A DNA stretch of 64,000 bases, taken from contig MU006089.1 of the NCBI GenBank assembly GCA_010093705.1, positions 2,777,561 through 2,841,560 on the forward strand, read 5' to 3'. Shown here piece after piece: positions 39,082 through 52,200 of the stretch; position 1 is the stretch's first letter; each line of letters starts with the position of its first letter. This DNA comes from Patellaria atrata CBS 101060 (Eukaryota). Position numbers and translations under genes: made by a program. The notes beneath the pieces were generated by a model that saw only the letters and a list, made by a program, of their open reading frames with translations, was not told the origin of the DNA and did no database searches.

Positions 39082-41902
39082 ATGCCGTCCGCATCTCTTG
39101 CGCTGCGAAAGTCTACCAACAGACTGTCATCTATCTTCTCCAACTCGAGTTCGAATTCAGGATCACAACCATCAACGTCTTCTATTGCGGCTGACTCTCA
39201 ATCCGAACTATCATCAAGCCACCTTCCTGAGCCAGCAGCGCCGCCAGGAAAAATCATCAAACGGCTCTCTAGGTTGACTGGCGGTAACCTCTCCACTTCG
39301 CAATTACCAACCGGAGTAGCATATCCTACCCCAACTCGACCAGAAGCTGCGTTAAGTAGCCCGAGTATTACTCCAGTCCCTCTCGAGTCCATTGATTCCA
39401 GCGATACTCTACAACCTCCACCTCCTATCCTATCTGGTTCGCACTCCCGACCTTCATCACCTATACGATCAAGGCGCAACAGCCATACATCAAGTCGCAG
39501 TCGAGATTCGAGTCGCCCTGTCACTCCTAATCCCGATGGATCGTCTGCAGTCATTACTAAAAAGAAACGGCGTTCAATCTTTGGGCACTCTCAGTTAGTA
39601 CTTCCAAGCGATGACAGCACCGACATCGGTAGGCCTCTGGCTTGGGTCGTTGGCCACCAAGGAAAGCCACCGTACAATCTTTCGATATTACTAGGAGCTG
39701 AGAAGGTATGTTGAAAAATGAATAACATTACGTATCGCATCTTAAATTATACACATCAAGTTCTACTTTGAGATTCGGTAATTGCGGACACCTTGCGCTA
39801 ATTACTATTAGGTACCGGAACTTTGGGATGAGAATGGGGATACATACGTCTATTTATTCCCAAAGGAATCGGGAAAAGGCCCTTCGTTCCGCATCGACTC
39901 AGCAACATATGCTGAATCCTTAGTTTTGACCAAGATGGCGTATGGTGGAATTTACAGCAGTAATGCTGCCTCAACTGCAGAGTCAAGAGATGCATCAATA
40001 GATCTTATAACTACAAACTTAGATCAAGACGTTCCTGCTCCTTCCCGCTCACCACCACCACTGCCTTCAAAATCTCCTCCCCCAATTGGTGGATCAAGCT
40101 CAGATGGAACCCAAGATTCACGTACGTTCAGTGTAGAATCGATCCAAGGACCAATTCACCTCTACTTGCGTCTGAAATTAAGCACTGATAATGCCGTCCC
40201 TGGTGGCGTAGAACCAAAACCAAACACCCAGGATGCAGATACGCTTGTAGGGATTAGAAACTTGTTTGCTTTTCTTGCAGGTCAATCTCTTGTTGCTACC
40301 GAAAATTGTCCAAGTGTTTTCAACATATTCTTAAGGATATCGGACCTCTTACATTCTTATGGATTCTCAAACATAGATGGGTCCACTTTTGGAGAGTGTG
40401 CAGCGAGCAGCTTCGACAGTTATGTAGACGAGCTCCAACTCGGTGATATGACAAAGAGCAGGGAAAAGACTATCGAAGGCATCATCCTGGGTGAGAAAAT
40501 GAGGTCGGTTCTTTTGTACAACGAAGCTTTTGTACATGGAGTAGGCCGATACGAAGATATACAGGCGTTGAACAGCCCGAAATGGTCTATAATAACGCCA
40601 ATCACACGGAATAGACTGGAGCGCGCGTCCCTAGATCTTGAAGTACGGTTGAGAAATATCCACACAAAGCTGTCCGACTTCGATTTCCCCTCGATATTCT
40701 CCGGTATCATGAATAGTAAGGAAGCCGAAGAGGGAAAATTGGTTCATTTCGAGGCCTGGCGCAACGCTTTTAATGCTATGCGAAAATTCGTCTTATCATA
40801 CTACAAACAACAATTCGGCGCATGGCCCCCGAAGGCGACATCCAAGAAGAATGACCTAGAAACAAGCGGACTGAATCGGCTAGTACTGAAACGCCTCTAT
40901 CACGACTTTTCTGATCTGTATGATCTTCTCGTCGACCGCACTTCCTTAACTGCCCGGACTGCGGACGGGCCTCTAATCGACGAAGCGGAAGCAACTATCA
41001 ACTTGGCAGATCTTCCATATCAACAGGCTCTAGTTAGAGCTCTGAGAAGTGTACTCAGTGAATATGACCGAGCTACACCACCTGTACAACCACCCATGCC
41101 TTACGACACGCCCATCTTCCCGCCAACATCTAATCAGAAAACCCTCGTAGACAAGAAGAAAGATGCTAAACAACGATCAAAGAAGCTAAATAGTGATGAT
41201 CTCGATCGCACACTGGACGCATCGTACAATTCTGACGGGATCACGTCAAATCCGTTCGTCGCAGCTTTCCGTGACTTCGAGCGAAAGATTAACCATAACA
41301 AGTCTTACGACGATATTATCAGTAACCGGATGGGTCAATGGCTCTTCCTGTATGCTGTACTACAGTCGCTCCCGATGGTGGTGGTAGACGCTCCAGCAAT
41401 TAAATGGACGCATGGGGTCGAGTACTTTCTTTGCGAACCGCCCCGTGCCGGAGTCCCCTGGGCCAAAGAGGATACCGGTGTTGCAAGGAGTTGGTACGGC
41501 ATCGCTGGAGGTAGTAAAGTGGTCAGCCTTCCCTCCGATCTCGTCGAACACGGTGTTGAGGGCATCTATCGGCGAAGTCATTGCTGGAAGATGGCAGAAA
41601 AATGGAGCGGTCATGGCGGTATACTGGAAGCAGCCAGGCACGAAAGTATCGCTGATGCTTTGCCCGCTCCTCCCGGTATGCGACTAGACTCCATCTCATC
41701 TTCTCGAGACACATCACCTAGTAGGCGGAACATGGAAAGCGTTATGAACCTAGGGCTCGAACAGTTACCTATACCTGGACAGATTGCACCTTCGGGTAGT
41801 CCTGCTCTTAGACCAGCTCCGACCCATAATGATCCGACGAAGACGTTCGATGCTATTCTTGGTTTATCGGAACCTGTTAGCCACCAAAAGAAAAAGAGAT
41901 GA
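39082..41902 (+). CDS. Conserved fungal hypothetical protein
   Basis: Ser/Pro-rich N-terminal exon, intron 39706-39811, VPELWDENGDTYVYLF, then long continuous ORF (YNEAFVHGVG, WLFLYAVLQSL). Confidence 0.85.
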
Positions 41903-42430
41903 GTGGCTGTCCTTCTTCTTGGAAATTTCATTATCATTATTAGCATACTTGCATTTGAGGAATGATAAAATTAGACAAGGGTTGGCTTGGTGTTTGGAGA
42001 AAAGGCCCTATTCGGAGGCTGTTCTGTCCTGTGGTATATAGTATACTGCTACAGCTTAAGAAGAAGCTGAATTAATGACTTTGTATGATACTCCTGGAAT
42101 AGATGAGCAGTCTAAAGTTGGCTGATCTCTACAAAATACTTCAAATTCAAACGTGTTATGTTGTTAGTGGTGATTTGCCCAATCAGTGCTTTGTCAATGC
42201 TAACAGCATCCGGGGGAAGCTCGATGCCGAATTCGGCGATGGGTAAATGGGCACGAGAGCTTCACACCGCCAAACAACCTTTCGAGAGATACGACACCCT
42301 CACATCTCTCCTTCGACCATTTGTAGCAGTTATGTTAATATCGTGATAAGGCTCGTTCACTTGTAGAGCTACATCACCCTCAATTTCTACCTAAGCTCAT
42401 ATTCCCCCGCTCACGCGATAATCGTTCCCA

Positions 42431-43771
42431 ATGTCAGCTTCGTTACCTGGAAATCGTGACCTCCCGGCGTCGCAGTATGACTTGAGTACATACTGGGGAA
42501 GAGTTAGACATTCGGCGGATTTATCAGACCCTAGGTGAGGAATTGACGCTCCGAAAGCTTTCTCATCTACCTATCTTCGGGTATGGTGAGTATGAGACCA
42601 CTTTTTCTCCAACACATGCGCTATAACCTGCAATGAGCTTTAAAAGTATCATATAGCTAACCGTATTCCCTGAACAGAACACTTTTCACCTCTTCAGCCG
42701 GTCTTGAACATGCGAAACAACTTGTGTCGGCGTACAAACAGGGACAGATTAGGGACATGACGCCGGAGCTATGGAAGTCAAAGAAGATTATTGATTCCAC
42801 GTTACATCCAGGCACGAATTATACAATGGGTTTATGGAGTATCTGAAATATCGAAGCTAATTGTATCTCTAGATACGGGGGAACCGGTGTTCCTCCCATT
42901 CCGGATGTCCTGTTTTGCGATATCTAATCTGGTCGTCACCGCTGGCATGCTAACTCCGGGCCTTGGTGTACGTAATTCCTCCACCAGATGCTGGTCTCAA
43001 TCCTGGTATTCAAACATACTAACATTCTCGTTCGAAGACGGCAGGGACTGTGGGATGGCAAGTAGCAAATCAATCCCTCAACGTAGCGATTAATTACTCC
43101 AATGCGAACAAGTCCACCCCATTGACCACAGGACAAATCGTACAATCTTATTTCGCAGCTGTAACTGCATCCTGTGGTGTAGCTTTGGGTCTCAACGCAC
43201 TCGTTCCACGCCTAAAACGGCTTTCACCAGCTGCAAAAACGACACTTTCACGATTAGTTCCATTTGCAGCTGTAGCTACGGCAGGAGTGCTCAATGTGTT
43301 CCTCATGCGGGGTGAGGAAATCAGAAGAGGCATTGACGTCTTCCCCCTACTCAGCGAAGAAGAAAAAGAAAAAGTAGAGAAGGGCGAAAAGCAGATTCAA
43401 AGCTTAGGTAAAAGTAAGAAAGCCGCCACTCTCGCAGTCGGAGAGACAGCAGCTAGTCGAATATTCAACGCAACACCTATCATGGTTCTTCCTCCTTTGA
43501 TTCTCGTGCGGCTGCAGAGGATGGAGTGGTTGAAGCAGAGGCCTAGGATGGTGTTGCCTGTCAATCTTGGTATGGTTGATAATACTCGAAATAGAGTTCC
43601 AGGGAGCTAACGGGATATCTAGGTCTTATCCTCGGTATACAGATTTTTGCTCTTCCGCTTGCACTGGCGGTGTTTCCTCAACGTCAAGCTGTTAGTGCAA
43701 AGACTCTGGAAGAGGAGTTTTGGGATAAGGGTGGAAAGGGTGGTCTAGTGGAATTCAATAGAGGTATCTAG
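42431..43771 (+). CDS. FSF1: Sideroflexin (mitochondrial Mtc family carrier)
   Basis: QYDLSTYWGRVRH, HPDTGEPVFLPFRMS, WQVANQSLNVAINYSNAN, ALAVFPQ, VEFNRGI*; four introns, one GC-AG. Confidence 0.93.
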
Positions 43772-44390
43772 GATGGTATAGGGAAGTAAACACGATATAT
43801 GAGGGATGTATATGAATATGCGGGAGTGAGTTTAAGCATACTGAATGGAGGTCATTTGCTTTTAAGGTACATACTATCTTATAGTCAATGCAGTTTTACG
43901 TTTAGGTTATAATCCTTTGAAGACACATGATTCATAGCAATATATATTACTTAATCGTAAAGATCATATATGTGTAGCATGTGGTTCCCCTATGTTCTGT
44001 GCAGTTCTGACAGACGAATGTGGGATCCCTGCAAAAATGAAAGGTGGCTCACTGGCGAAGTGACATCTGTCCAAACCGCACAGCTGGTCTACGTTTTCGA
44101 ATACAAAGAGCTGGCACGTCCAATAATAAAGCTATCTGTACAAAATAATTTCGTCTGGTAACGTCTTTTCTTCACATACCAATAGATTTGTTTCCCAGGC
44201 ATCACTCGTTTCCGTTTGTGTTTTCAAAACACTAAAAAGAGGATATCCCCACCATCCAAGCTCCATTGGAACAATTCGAATTCGAGCTTCGAATTTCATA
44301 ACACAAGCTCTGGCTGCTGTTACCCTCATCGACCGAGCTCTAAGCTCAAACTAATATAACAACAAGCTTCTTATCTTTCAAACCCACACA

Positions 44391-47354
44391 ATGGCGCCTC
44401 CAGGCAGACGGCGTAACCCTCTCTCCCTCCCCTCCCTCTTCCTCGCATTCTGTCTCCTCGTCAGCACCGCCTCTGCGGCCTCAGCCGTTCTAGGAATAGA
44501 TCTCGGAACTTCCTACATAAAAGCTGCTCTCGTGAAACCCGGTATTCCCCTCGAAATCGTCCTTAGCAAAGACTCGAAACGCAAAGAGGCCAGCGCCGTC
44601 GCATTCAAACCCTCCAAGAACAAGGGTAGTGAGAAAGAATTTCCAGAGCGATTGTATGGTGGCGATGCATTGGCTCTACAAGGGAGGTTTCCAGGCGATG
44701 TCTACCCAAATCTGAAACCACTGTTAGGCCTCCCGGCGGAGGTTGATGAGGTTACCAGTTGGTGGAACCGACGACCCGCACTCCAACTCGTAGATGCGAA
44801 AATCGAGGGACGCCAAGGCGTCGGGTTCAAGAGCGGAAGTTTCGCGGATGACGAGAAACCCTGGAGTGTTGAGGAGCTATTGGCAATGGAACTGAAGAAC
44901 GTGAGGGAGAACGCGGAGTCGATGGCGAGTGGAAAGGTCGTCAACGCGGTCATCACAGTTCCTGCGTTCTATACCGCGAGAGAGAAGAAGGCGGTTGAGT
45001 TGGCGGCGGAACTAGCGGGACTGAATGTTATGAGTTTGGTTACGGACGGTGTGGCCGTCGGGATCAATTATGCGACATCCAGGACTTTCCCGAGCGTCTC
45101 TGAGGGTGGCCAGCCTGAATTCCATCTGGTTTACGATATGGGTGCGGGCTCTACCACGGCAACCCTGTTGAGATTCCAAGGCAAGACAGTCAAGGATGTT
45201 GGGAAGTATAATAAGACGATTCAGGAGGTACAGGTCATGGCTACAGCGTGGGATAAGACTCTGGGTGGTGATGCTCTCAATGGGGTCATTGTGGATTATC
45301 TGGTTGACGAATTCATCACGAAACCTGATGCGAAGAAGTTCACCGCTTCTGAAGTCAAAAACCACGGCAGAACTGCAGCTAAACTATGGAGGGATGCTGA
45401 AAGAGTGCGACAGGTTCTTAGCGCTAACGTTGAGACTTCGTTTAGCTTTGAGGGTCTCTATGAGGATGTTGATTTCAGACACAAGTTCTCCCGCACGAAA
45501 TTCGAAGAGTTGGCGGAAGGCTTCGCTGACAGAGTCGCTGGTCCTATCGAGGAAGTTCTAGCTATGTCTAGAATCCCTATGAAGGAGATCAACTCTATTA
45601 TTCTTCACGGTGGTGCTGTTAGGACCCCATTTGTCCAAAAGAAGCTTGAGGCTTTGGTTGGGGACCCTGCTAAACTTCGCAGCAATGTAAATGCAGATGA
45701 GGCAGCTGTATTTGGAGCTGCATTTAAGGGCGCAGGACTTAGCCCGAGCTTCAAGGTCAAAGAGATCAGGGATATCGACGTCGCGAATCACCCCGTTGGT
45801 ATTCGTTACAAGGAGGGGAGCGTGAAGAATATGAAACTCTTCCGGGAACTCTCGCAGAACGCGTTCGTCAAACACATGCCATTCGATATCCAAGACGATC
45901 TGGAGTTCACCCTATATCAGCAGGTACAGTCTCCCTTTGCCGGTTCAAAGTTCATCGAGAGCGATGTACTTCGCGTCAAGTCTACCAACCTTACCGCCTC
46001 TGTGGAAAAGCTTGGAGCAGACTTCGGCTGCAAAAAGTGGAACGTCAGCACTCGGTTCCAGATCCAGATTAGCCCTATCGATGGTCTTCCTGAGGTCATC
46101 AGTGCGCATGTGAGTTGTTCCCATGAGGTTGTGGAGAAGAAGGGTATGGTCGAGAATATTAAAGATAAACTCGGTCTCGGCGCGAAGAAAGACGGACAGC
46201 AAGAGGTCTTGAAAGATGAGAACGGTGAGGAAGTAGACACCGAGTCCTCCCCCGCTGATCCCCTCGACGAAGCCACGTCCTCTGTCTCGAGCTCCAGTGA
46301 AGCGACATCACCTTCAGACGCCCCTGAAAAGGAGAAGAAGGAAGAAGTAAAACCAGTGGTCAAGAAAAAGACGGAGATTATCAAAGTCGCATTTACTCAG
46401 ACCCCACTAGGACCAGAGAACCTTTCCAAAGAAGAACTACGAAGAATGAAAGACCGCCTCGCTGCCTTCGACGCCTCCGACCGTTCCCGTTACGCTCGCT
46501 CCGAAGCATTGAACACCCTCGAAGCCTTCACCTACCGCGCCCGCGACGTCATCACCGAGGAAGGTTTCATCGCTGCTTCAACCTCCGAAATCCGCCAGGA
46601 GATCGAGGACCTACTATCCAGCACCAGCGAATGGCTCTACGGCGAAGGCGTCGACGCACCCGTCGACACCCTCAAGTCCAAACTGAAGGATCTCAAGAAC
46701 CTCGTCGACCCCGTTTCTAAGCGGGCGGCGGAAGCGGTCAAGAGACCCAAGAGCGTGGAACTACTCCAGCAAACGCTCGATCAGACTAAGATGCTGCTCG
46801 GCGTCGTCGAGGACAGCATCGCCAGCGCTGCGGCTTCCGCCGCTTCTCTCGCGGCTGAGGCGAGCAAATCCGCCACCGAGGCCGCCAGTTCGGTCTCTTC
46901 GGTCGTGACGCCGGAGAAGTCGGGTGATGAGCTGGATGAGCTTGAAGAGGGATTGGAGAGCGACCTTCCGTCTACCGCTTCTTCGGCAACTGAGCCGGCG
47001 ACTACGCCCGACGCGCCACTTTACTCGGAGGAGGATCTCAAGGGCATCAGGGAAGCGTATCAGAGCGTGAGCGCGTGGTTGGAGGAGAAGACGGCTCTCC
47101 AGGAGAAGCTAAAGCCGTGGGAGGACTCGGCACTGTCGAGTCAAGAGCTCGAGGTCAAGGCGAGGGAATTGAATGAGGCCGTTTCGGGCTTGTTGACTCG
47201 GAGGATCAAGGTTGGGGGGGATAAGAAGGCCAAATCGAGCAAGTCGAAGAGTAAGTCGAAGAGTGCGAAGGCGAGTAAGTCGAGGAAGGCGGAGAAGGGG
47301 AAGGAGACGAAGGAGTCGGGGAAGGAGAAGAATGATGGGCATGATGAGTTGTAG
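44391..47354 (+). CDS. LHS1: ER-lumenal Hsp70 / nucleotide exchange factor (Lhs1/Grp170/HYOU1)
   Basis: Signal peptide, VLGIDLG, VYDMGAGST, ILHGGAVRTPFVQ, C-terminal HDEL; 987 aa single exon. Confidence 0.96.
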   Translation: MAPPGRRRNPLSLPSLFLAFCLLVSTASAASAVLGIDLGTSYIKAALVKPGIPLEIVLSKDSKRKEASAVAFKPSKNKGSEKEFPERLYGGDALALQGRFPGDVYPNLKPLLGLPAEVDEVTSWWNRRPALQLVDAKIEGRQGVGFKSGSFADDEKPWSVEELLAMELKNVRENAESMASGKVVNAVITVPAFYTAREKKAVELAAELAGLNVMSLVTDGVAVGINYATSRTFPSVSEGGQPEFHLVYDMGAGSTTATLLRFQGKTVKDVGKYNKTIQEVQVMATAWDKTLGGDALNGVIVDYLVDEFITKPDAKKFTASEVKNHGRTAAKLWRDAERVRQVLSANVETSFSFEGLYEDVDFRHKFSRTKFEELAEGFADRVAGPIEEVLAMSRIPMKEINSIILHGGAVRTPFVQKKLEALVGDPAKLRSNVNADEAAVFGAAFKGAGLSPSFKVKEIRDIDVANHPVGIRYKEGSVKNMKLFRELSQNAFVKHMPFDIQDDLEFTLYQQVQSPFAGSKFIESDVLRVKSTNLTASVEKLGADFGCKKWNVSTRFQIQISPIDGLPEVISAHVSCSHEVVEKKGMVENIKDKLGLGAKKDGQQEVLKDENGEEVDTESSPADPLDEATSSVSSSSEATSPSDAPEKEKKEEVKPVVKKKTEIIKVAFTQTPLGPENLSKEELRRMKDRLAAFDASDRSRYARSEALNTLEAFTYRARDVITEEGFIAASTSEIRQEIEDLLSSTSEWLYGEGVDAPVDTLKSKLKDLKNLVDPVSKRAAEAVKRPKSVELLQQTLDQTKMLLGVVEDSIASAAASAASLAAEASKSATEAASSVSSVVTPEKSGDELDELEEGLESDLPSTASSATEPATTPDAPLYSEEDLKGIREAYQSVSAWLEEKTALQEKLKPWEDSALSSQELEVKARELNEAVSGLLTRRIKVGGDKKAKSSKSKSKSKSAKASKSRKAEKGKETKESGKEKNDGHDEL

Positions 47355-47689
47355 GATGGGGTTTGGGGTTGGAGTGGGGAAGGGGGAGCGATGTGTATAA
47401 GTATCTATATAGATAGGGAATAGAGGATGAAATGGGAACATGGAAATTTTATTTTTATATTGCTTTCGTTTACTTTAGGATGTTTGTGGTATTGTCGCCT
47501 TTCTGTATTGTACAATACGTCTCCAAGATGTCGTTAAACCGGACCGTACAGCAGAGTTGTGAGGGGTTTAGGGGTTTGGGATTAAGGTGCAGAGCGGTCG
47601 AGGACTGCTAGCTGTGTAGTGATCATTGTGTTTATGATAGGGATTCAGATGGTCGGGTGAACCGGTCAAGTGCGCTTCTGTTTCACTGG

Positions 47690-49295
47690 TATGCAATGGT
47701 CTGCTGGTCTGCTGCTGGTGGCGCCAGTATCCCAAAGCCAGGGTATACCACCTCCTCCCCCTTCTCTACTCTCTTCTTTCCCTTTTACTTGTCAAGAAAG
47801 AAAGGAAAGGGTCCGCAACTCACTTGCGTGGGAAGAGTGCATTGGGTTTGGAAACTGAAGACAGTCAGTCATTGGGTCTGCTCTGAGCCTCTTGCGGAGC
47901 CTCTTGACGATTCTCCATCCATCCGAGGTTTCAGTACGTTTTGACACATCCAAGTCGGTTTATTGGAGGGTAGTTCTCGTCTGTTAAGCAGAGAAGAGTC
48001 TTGATATTGGTGTGGGTTGGGAAAACCACTCTCTCTCGATTTGGTATCGTTTGAGTTATTTCAGGGTTAGGGGAGGGGAGGGTTGGTGATGATGAGGATC
48101 AACCGTGAGGGTACACCGTATGACTTCCCCTTTTGATGTATATCGTCATCTGTTCAGGGGCGGGGGAGTGTTGGTTTAGACGGTAGACTATCCCATCACC
48201 AAGGGATCAGTACGTCGGCCGAGAAGGCGCTGCCCTGTACAAATAAAATTACTCTACTGCTTCCGGAAAGGAACAATTGAGGGTTGACTCGGTGCCCGGA
48301 AAAATGGATTGGAGTCTTTTGAAAAAACGGCCAATGACTGATAGAGCTTGACGTTAGAGAGGAGTAAATGGAGGTAGAGAGGATATATAATGCCTCAGGA
48401 GCTCCTTTTATGGTGAAGAAAGAGTGATGTTTTAGTCACGTCTAGGTAAGAGATAGTCAGGGGGTGTTGTCAGATGCTCCTTTGGTCTACTGCTCTGGAG
48501 GTATGCCGCTGGAAGAGCAGAAGGGAGAAGGGGTAGAGGTATAAAATTTCTCTCCTCCTACTACTTGCTCCCTTCTTCTTCTTTTCTCCATTAGGATTTC
48601 AGAAGACTCGCGGCCTACTGGTCGTATCGCTTCCTTGAGGGAGTCAAAACTAGTATTAGGTCCAACTTGAAACGACACACGTTGGGGGAGGTTAGAGAGT
48701 ACAAGGTTAGAGCTCAGGGGAGGACGTTACCGTAAGAAGAAGGGATAATAGTAAGTGCGTGATGGTGATGAGGATCATTGTCGTACCATAGAGGTGTTTG
48801 AAATCGTTATTACTAACATCGTCACCATGGCCATGGCAAAATTATACAAACTTATTCTTACACGAGTGCTAAGCCCCATGATGAAGTGGACTCCACGGAT
48901 TCCAACCAATTCCAATGCTCGTTTTGACCCTTCCCACCTTGTCATCTTGAACCCACCTAGCACTTAACGACAATTGGAAGCATTCTTTTCCTGCAATAAC
49001 AGTGTGGGAGCCGACGAAGCCACTCTTAAATGCATTCTTAGATGAGTTGTTGACGACGAAAAAGGGAAAAAGAGAAGAAGGAGATTTATGACCTTGAGGA
49101 AAGGGTAAAAAGGAAGAAAGGAAGTCATGCGGTACAGTCACCAGTCTTGAGGCTTAGAAGAACGTATGAATAGTCTAGGAAAGTCCGTCTGCCAAGATGA
49201 AAGGGGTATAAGTCTTCGACTACTGTCTCTTCCTCTCTTCCTTCTTTTCCATTAGGACATCTGGAGCAGTTGGATTGCCGTATCATCTTGAAGCC
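47690..49295 (+). repeat. Three degenerate copies of an LTR-like TATA + pyrimidine-tract unit
   Basis: GGTATA + CT-rich tract at ~47742, ~48538, ~49205 (latter two end CCATTAGGA); purine tract + TGTTG junctions at 48156-48174 and 48459-48469. Confidence 0.5.
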
Positions 49296-52200
49296 GGATA
49301 TTTTGGGGGTTTTAACTGGGGGACCGACTTTATTGGAGCGCTGGTTGAACATTCATCAGCGATCGATTTGGTTGTGGGTATTGGAGATCTGGAAAGGGGG
49401 GGATTGATAAAGGCTAAGAGTCAGAGGTCAAGGCAGAGATGTTTTGGCTATCGGTCACCCTAGGACTCCGTTACTGATATCCTTCATCACTATGGACATA
49501 TGATACTTTTCTCGCTATCAAAACCTAGATACGATATTTTTTGACGTCCGCCCCTTAACTCCGAATGTCTCGCATAGAAAACCCCTTTGCTCTTATTCCC
49601 TCCTTCCCTATGCCAACTGCCCCTTTTCTCTCAGCATCCCCATTCACTCCGCCTACCACATGTACTATGAGGCAATCGTTGACACAATGAGGAGCTGAGG
49701 ATTACTACGACTCGTACCGGTACACAAGCACATCTAGAGGCTGGAGAGTCTGGTTAGCCCCCGAAGTAAGGAAAACGTTCTGTACAGAAGGAAATGGGTT
49801 TTAAAATAGAAAGGAAAGAAGAACCAAGACTATGATAACATTTTGCGTCAGAAGGGCTTAAGAGAAGATAAGTGGATAACTGGTCAGCCAGCGGTGTCTT
49901 GTTATTGTATAAGGAGTTCCCTATTCGGTTATTCCTCCTTCTCCAACAGATCAACTGCAGAGGGTATTAATTAGTATTCACACGGTACAGGGAAATTCCT
50001 GAATCCTGTTTGTCTGAATAAGTGCACAAGCCGTTTTGTTGACATCATTACCACTACCTAACGCCAATCATCGCCATCGAGGTCTCATGAATTTCACTAT
50101 CACCGCTTTCTCCCGCCTTTAGCATTCATCTATTCCACTTCCCCTAGAGTTCAACACCCCAAATTCTCCATCCACAATATTTTGTGTATACTTTTTTAGG
50201 GTCAGTTTCTCGCCCACACAAACCTAATGGGTCTAATAGTAACCACGTTGGGCTCATTAAACCTATCCAAGATAGAGGACTCTATCACTATTGTGCAAAG
50301 TTGAGCAGGAAGAAAGAAGGAGAGAAACTTAAGTAGTGAGAAATGGGGAGGAATATCCATGTCAAATATACGTAAAGGTTACGGTATAGGGGTTAGGGAA
50401 TACAAGCCAAGCATGACTGAATGCCTGAAAGTTCTGGCACGTGGAATGAACAGTGTTATGTTTCGATATAAGTTCTCTTCTCTCCCGTGTTCTTTGCTTT
50501 CTTCGCCGTGCACTTCTTAGATTGGAAATAACGAGAATGGATGGAGGGTCGCCATTGTATTTTATGCTGAACAACCAACAAGTATTTTGGGGCTCCGGTA
50601 TCTCATAGCACTCAGCTGCCCTATCCGGAAGGCTAGAGATAAACATAGGATTCAATACCACTTACTGGGACAAACTCCTGATAAAAACCTTTTAATATTG
50701 ATTCCCATCACTACCCCCAGCTGATAATCCCTAACATTTACCCCTTTAATCCTCCATTAAGATCTCACATAGCGTCACCATCGTACTAAAACTCCTATTG
50801 CCCTTCATATCTCTACAGGACACGGTGACGGTACAGTACGAAAAGCCCTGTCAAACTCGCGGTTTGATTGTATTTGCTTTACACAGCACAATGATGATCC
50901 TTTGCTTTTCAATGTCTTCAAAATGTCCGGTACGGCCTCATTTTTGTCCAGAAGAAAATAGTTTACTTGTGAGATTTCAAGGTAGGATCCCAGTCATTTC
51001 TACAGAAACGAATGAAGAGTTGGGGAGAAAGGATTTAAATAGTAGAAAGGGGTAGAGGAACCGATTATAGATGTACGGTTAGCCATAAGAAGTACCTTAA
51101 TCGGAAGGTGAGCGTCGCATGGTGTAAGGGGCCGAAATGTCCGATTGCAGTGGCACACATCCAAATATTTGTCTCCTTTACTTCTTCCCACAATTGAGAT
51201 CCTACGAATTGTATTTTCCTAATGAGAAGACCTCGAATATCCGTGGCTTCTTTCTTTTAGACAAGTGCCGCCTCTGTATTCGCTTCTGGAGGACTAAAGA
51301 CAGGCTTATTAGCTCCATTGCCAACTCCATTTAATCAGACTATCAGAGAAATTCTCTGAAATTGCATCCCTAATAATGAATCTCATCGTCGACTAAACGC
51401 GATATTCCTCACCACCGACTTACCTATTCAGATATCTCTGAGCACCTCCCTCCTCCCCATCTAGATCCCCCATATCTCCAACTCTCTAATTTCCAACCAC
51501 TCCTCCACCGACAATAAGATAGGTTATCATATCATAAACTTCCCAGCCCACAGAGCCCAATGTTTTGATGTGGCCGGAATTCCCACAATCAAAACTGTCC
51601 CAGATAATGAAAGGAAAATCGCCAATTTAACTAACCCAAGCTAACTATTCAGTCTTTTTTGGTAGATGGAATAGCGAGGGAGGAACAGGCTCTAAATAGC
51701 AAAGAAACATAGAAGAGATAGGTCATAGGTACGTAGTAGTCAGCAGAGGCAGATGCAGGCGATGAGAGCATAGAGACGTAATGTACAGCCGAAACCAGGA
51801 GAAACGGTCATATGAAGTATGACGAAAAGGGGTAGATTCATGAGTGGGAATAGGGGTGGGCCGTGTATATAAAGCTCTTCCTCATATCTGAGATTTCTTT
51901 CTTCTCTAGATAGTTAGCGGAACATACTACTAATGAAGATGGGTTTGGAATAACATGGTTCAATTTTATCACCAATATATTCACAGCCGTTGGGGAAGGG
52001 TGGGTAACTGGATACCCGACTCACGAAGGTGAGATACTCCCCTAAGACATCCCTTATTCTCCATACTAATGCACCCCATCACCACGTCCACACACTACCC
52101 TTCACCGTCTTATATACAATCATCCTCACTATTACTTAGTCCTTCCCTTCCTTCCTTCATTCCTATCCCCTTCCCAATCTAATCCCCCAATCCTCCTCTC

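Noticed and set aside
10422..43771. Apparent metal-related cluster (FET3/FTR1, Moco gene, sideroflexin)
   Set aside because: Separated by many unrelated genes; only FET3-FTR1 is a real linked unit.
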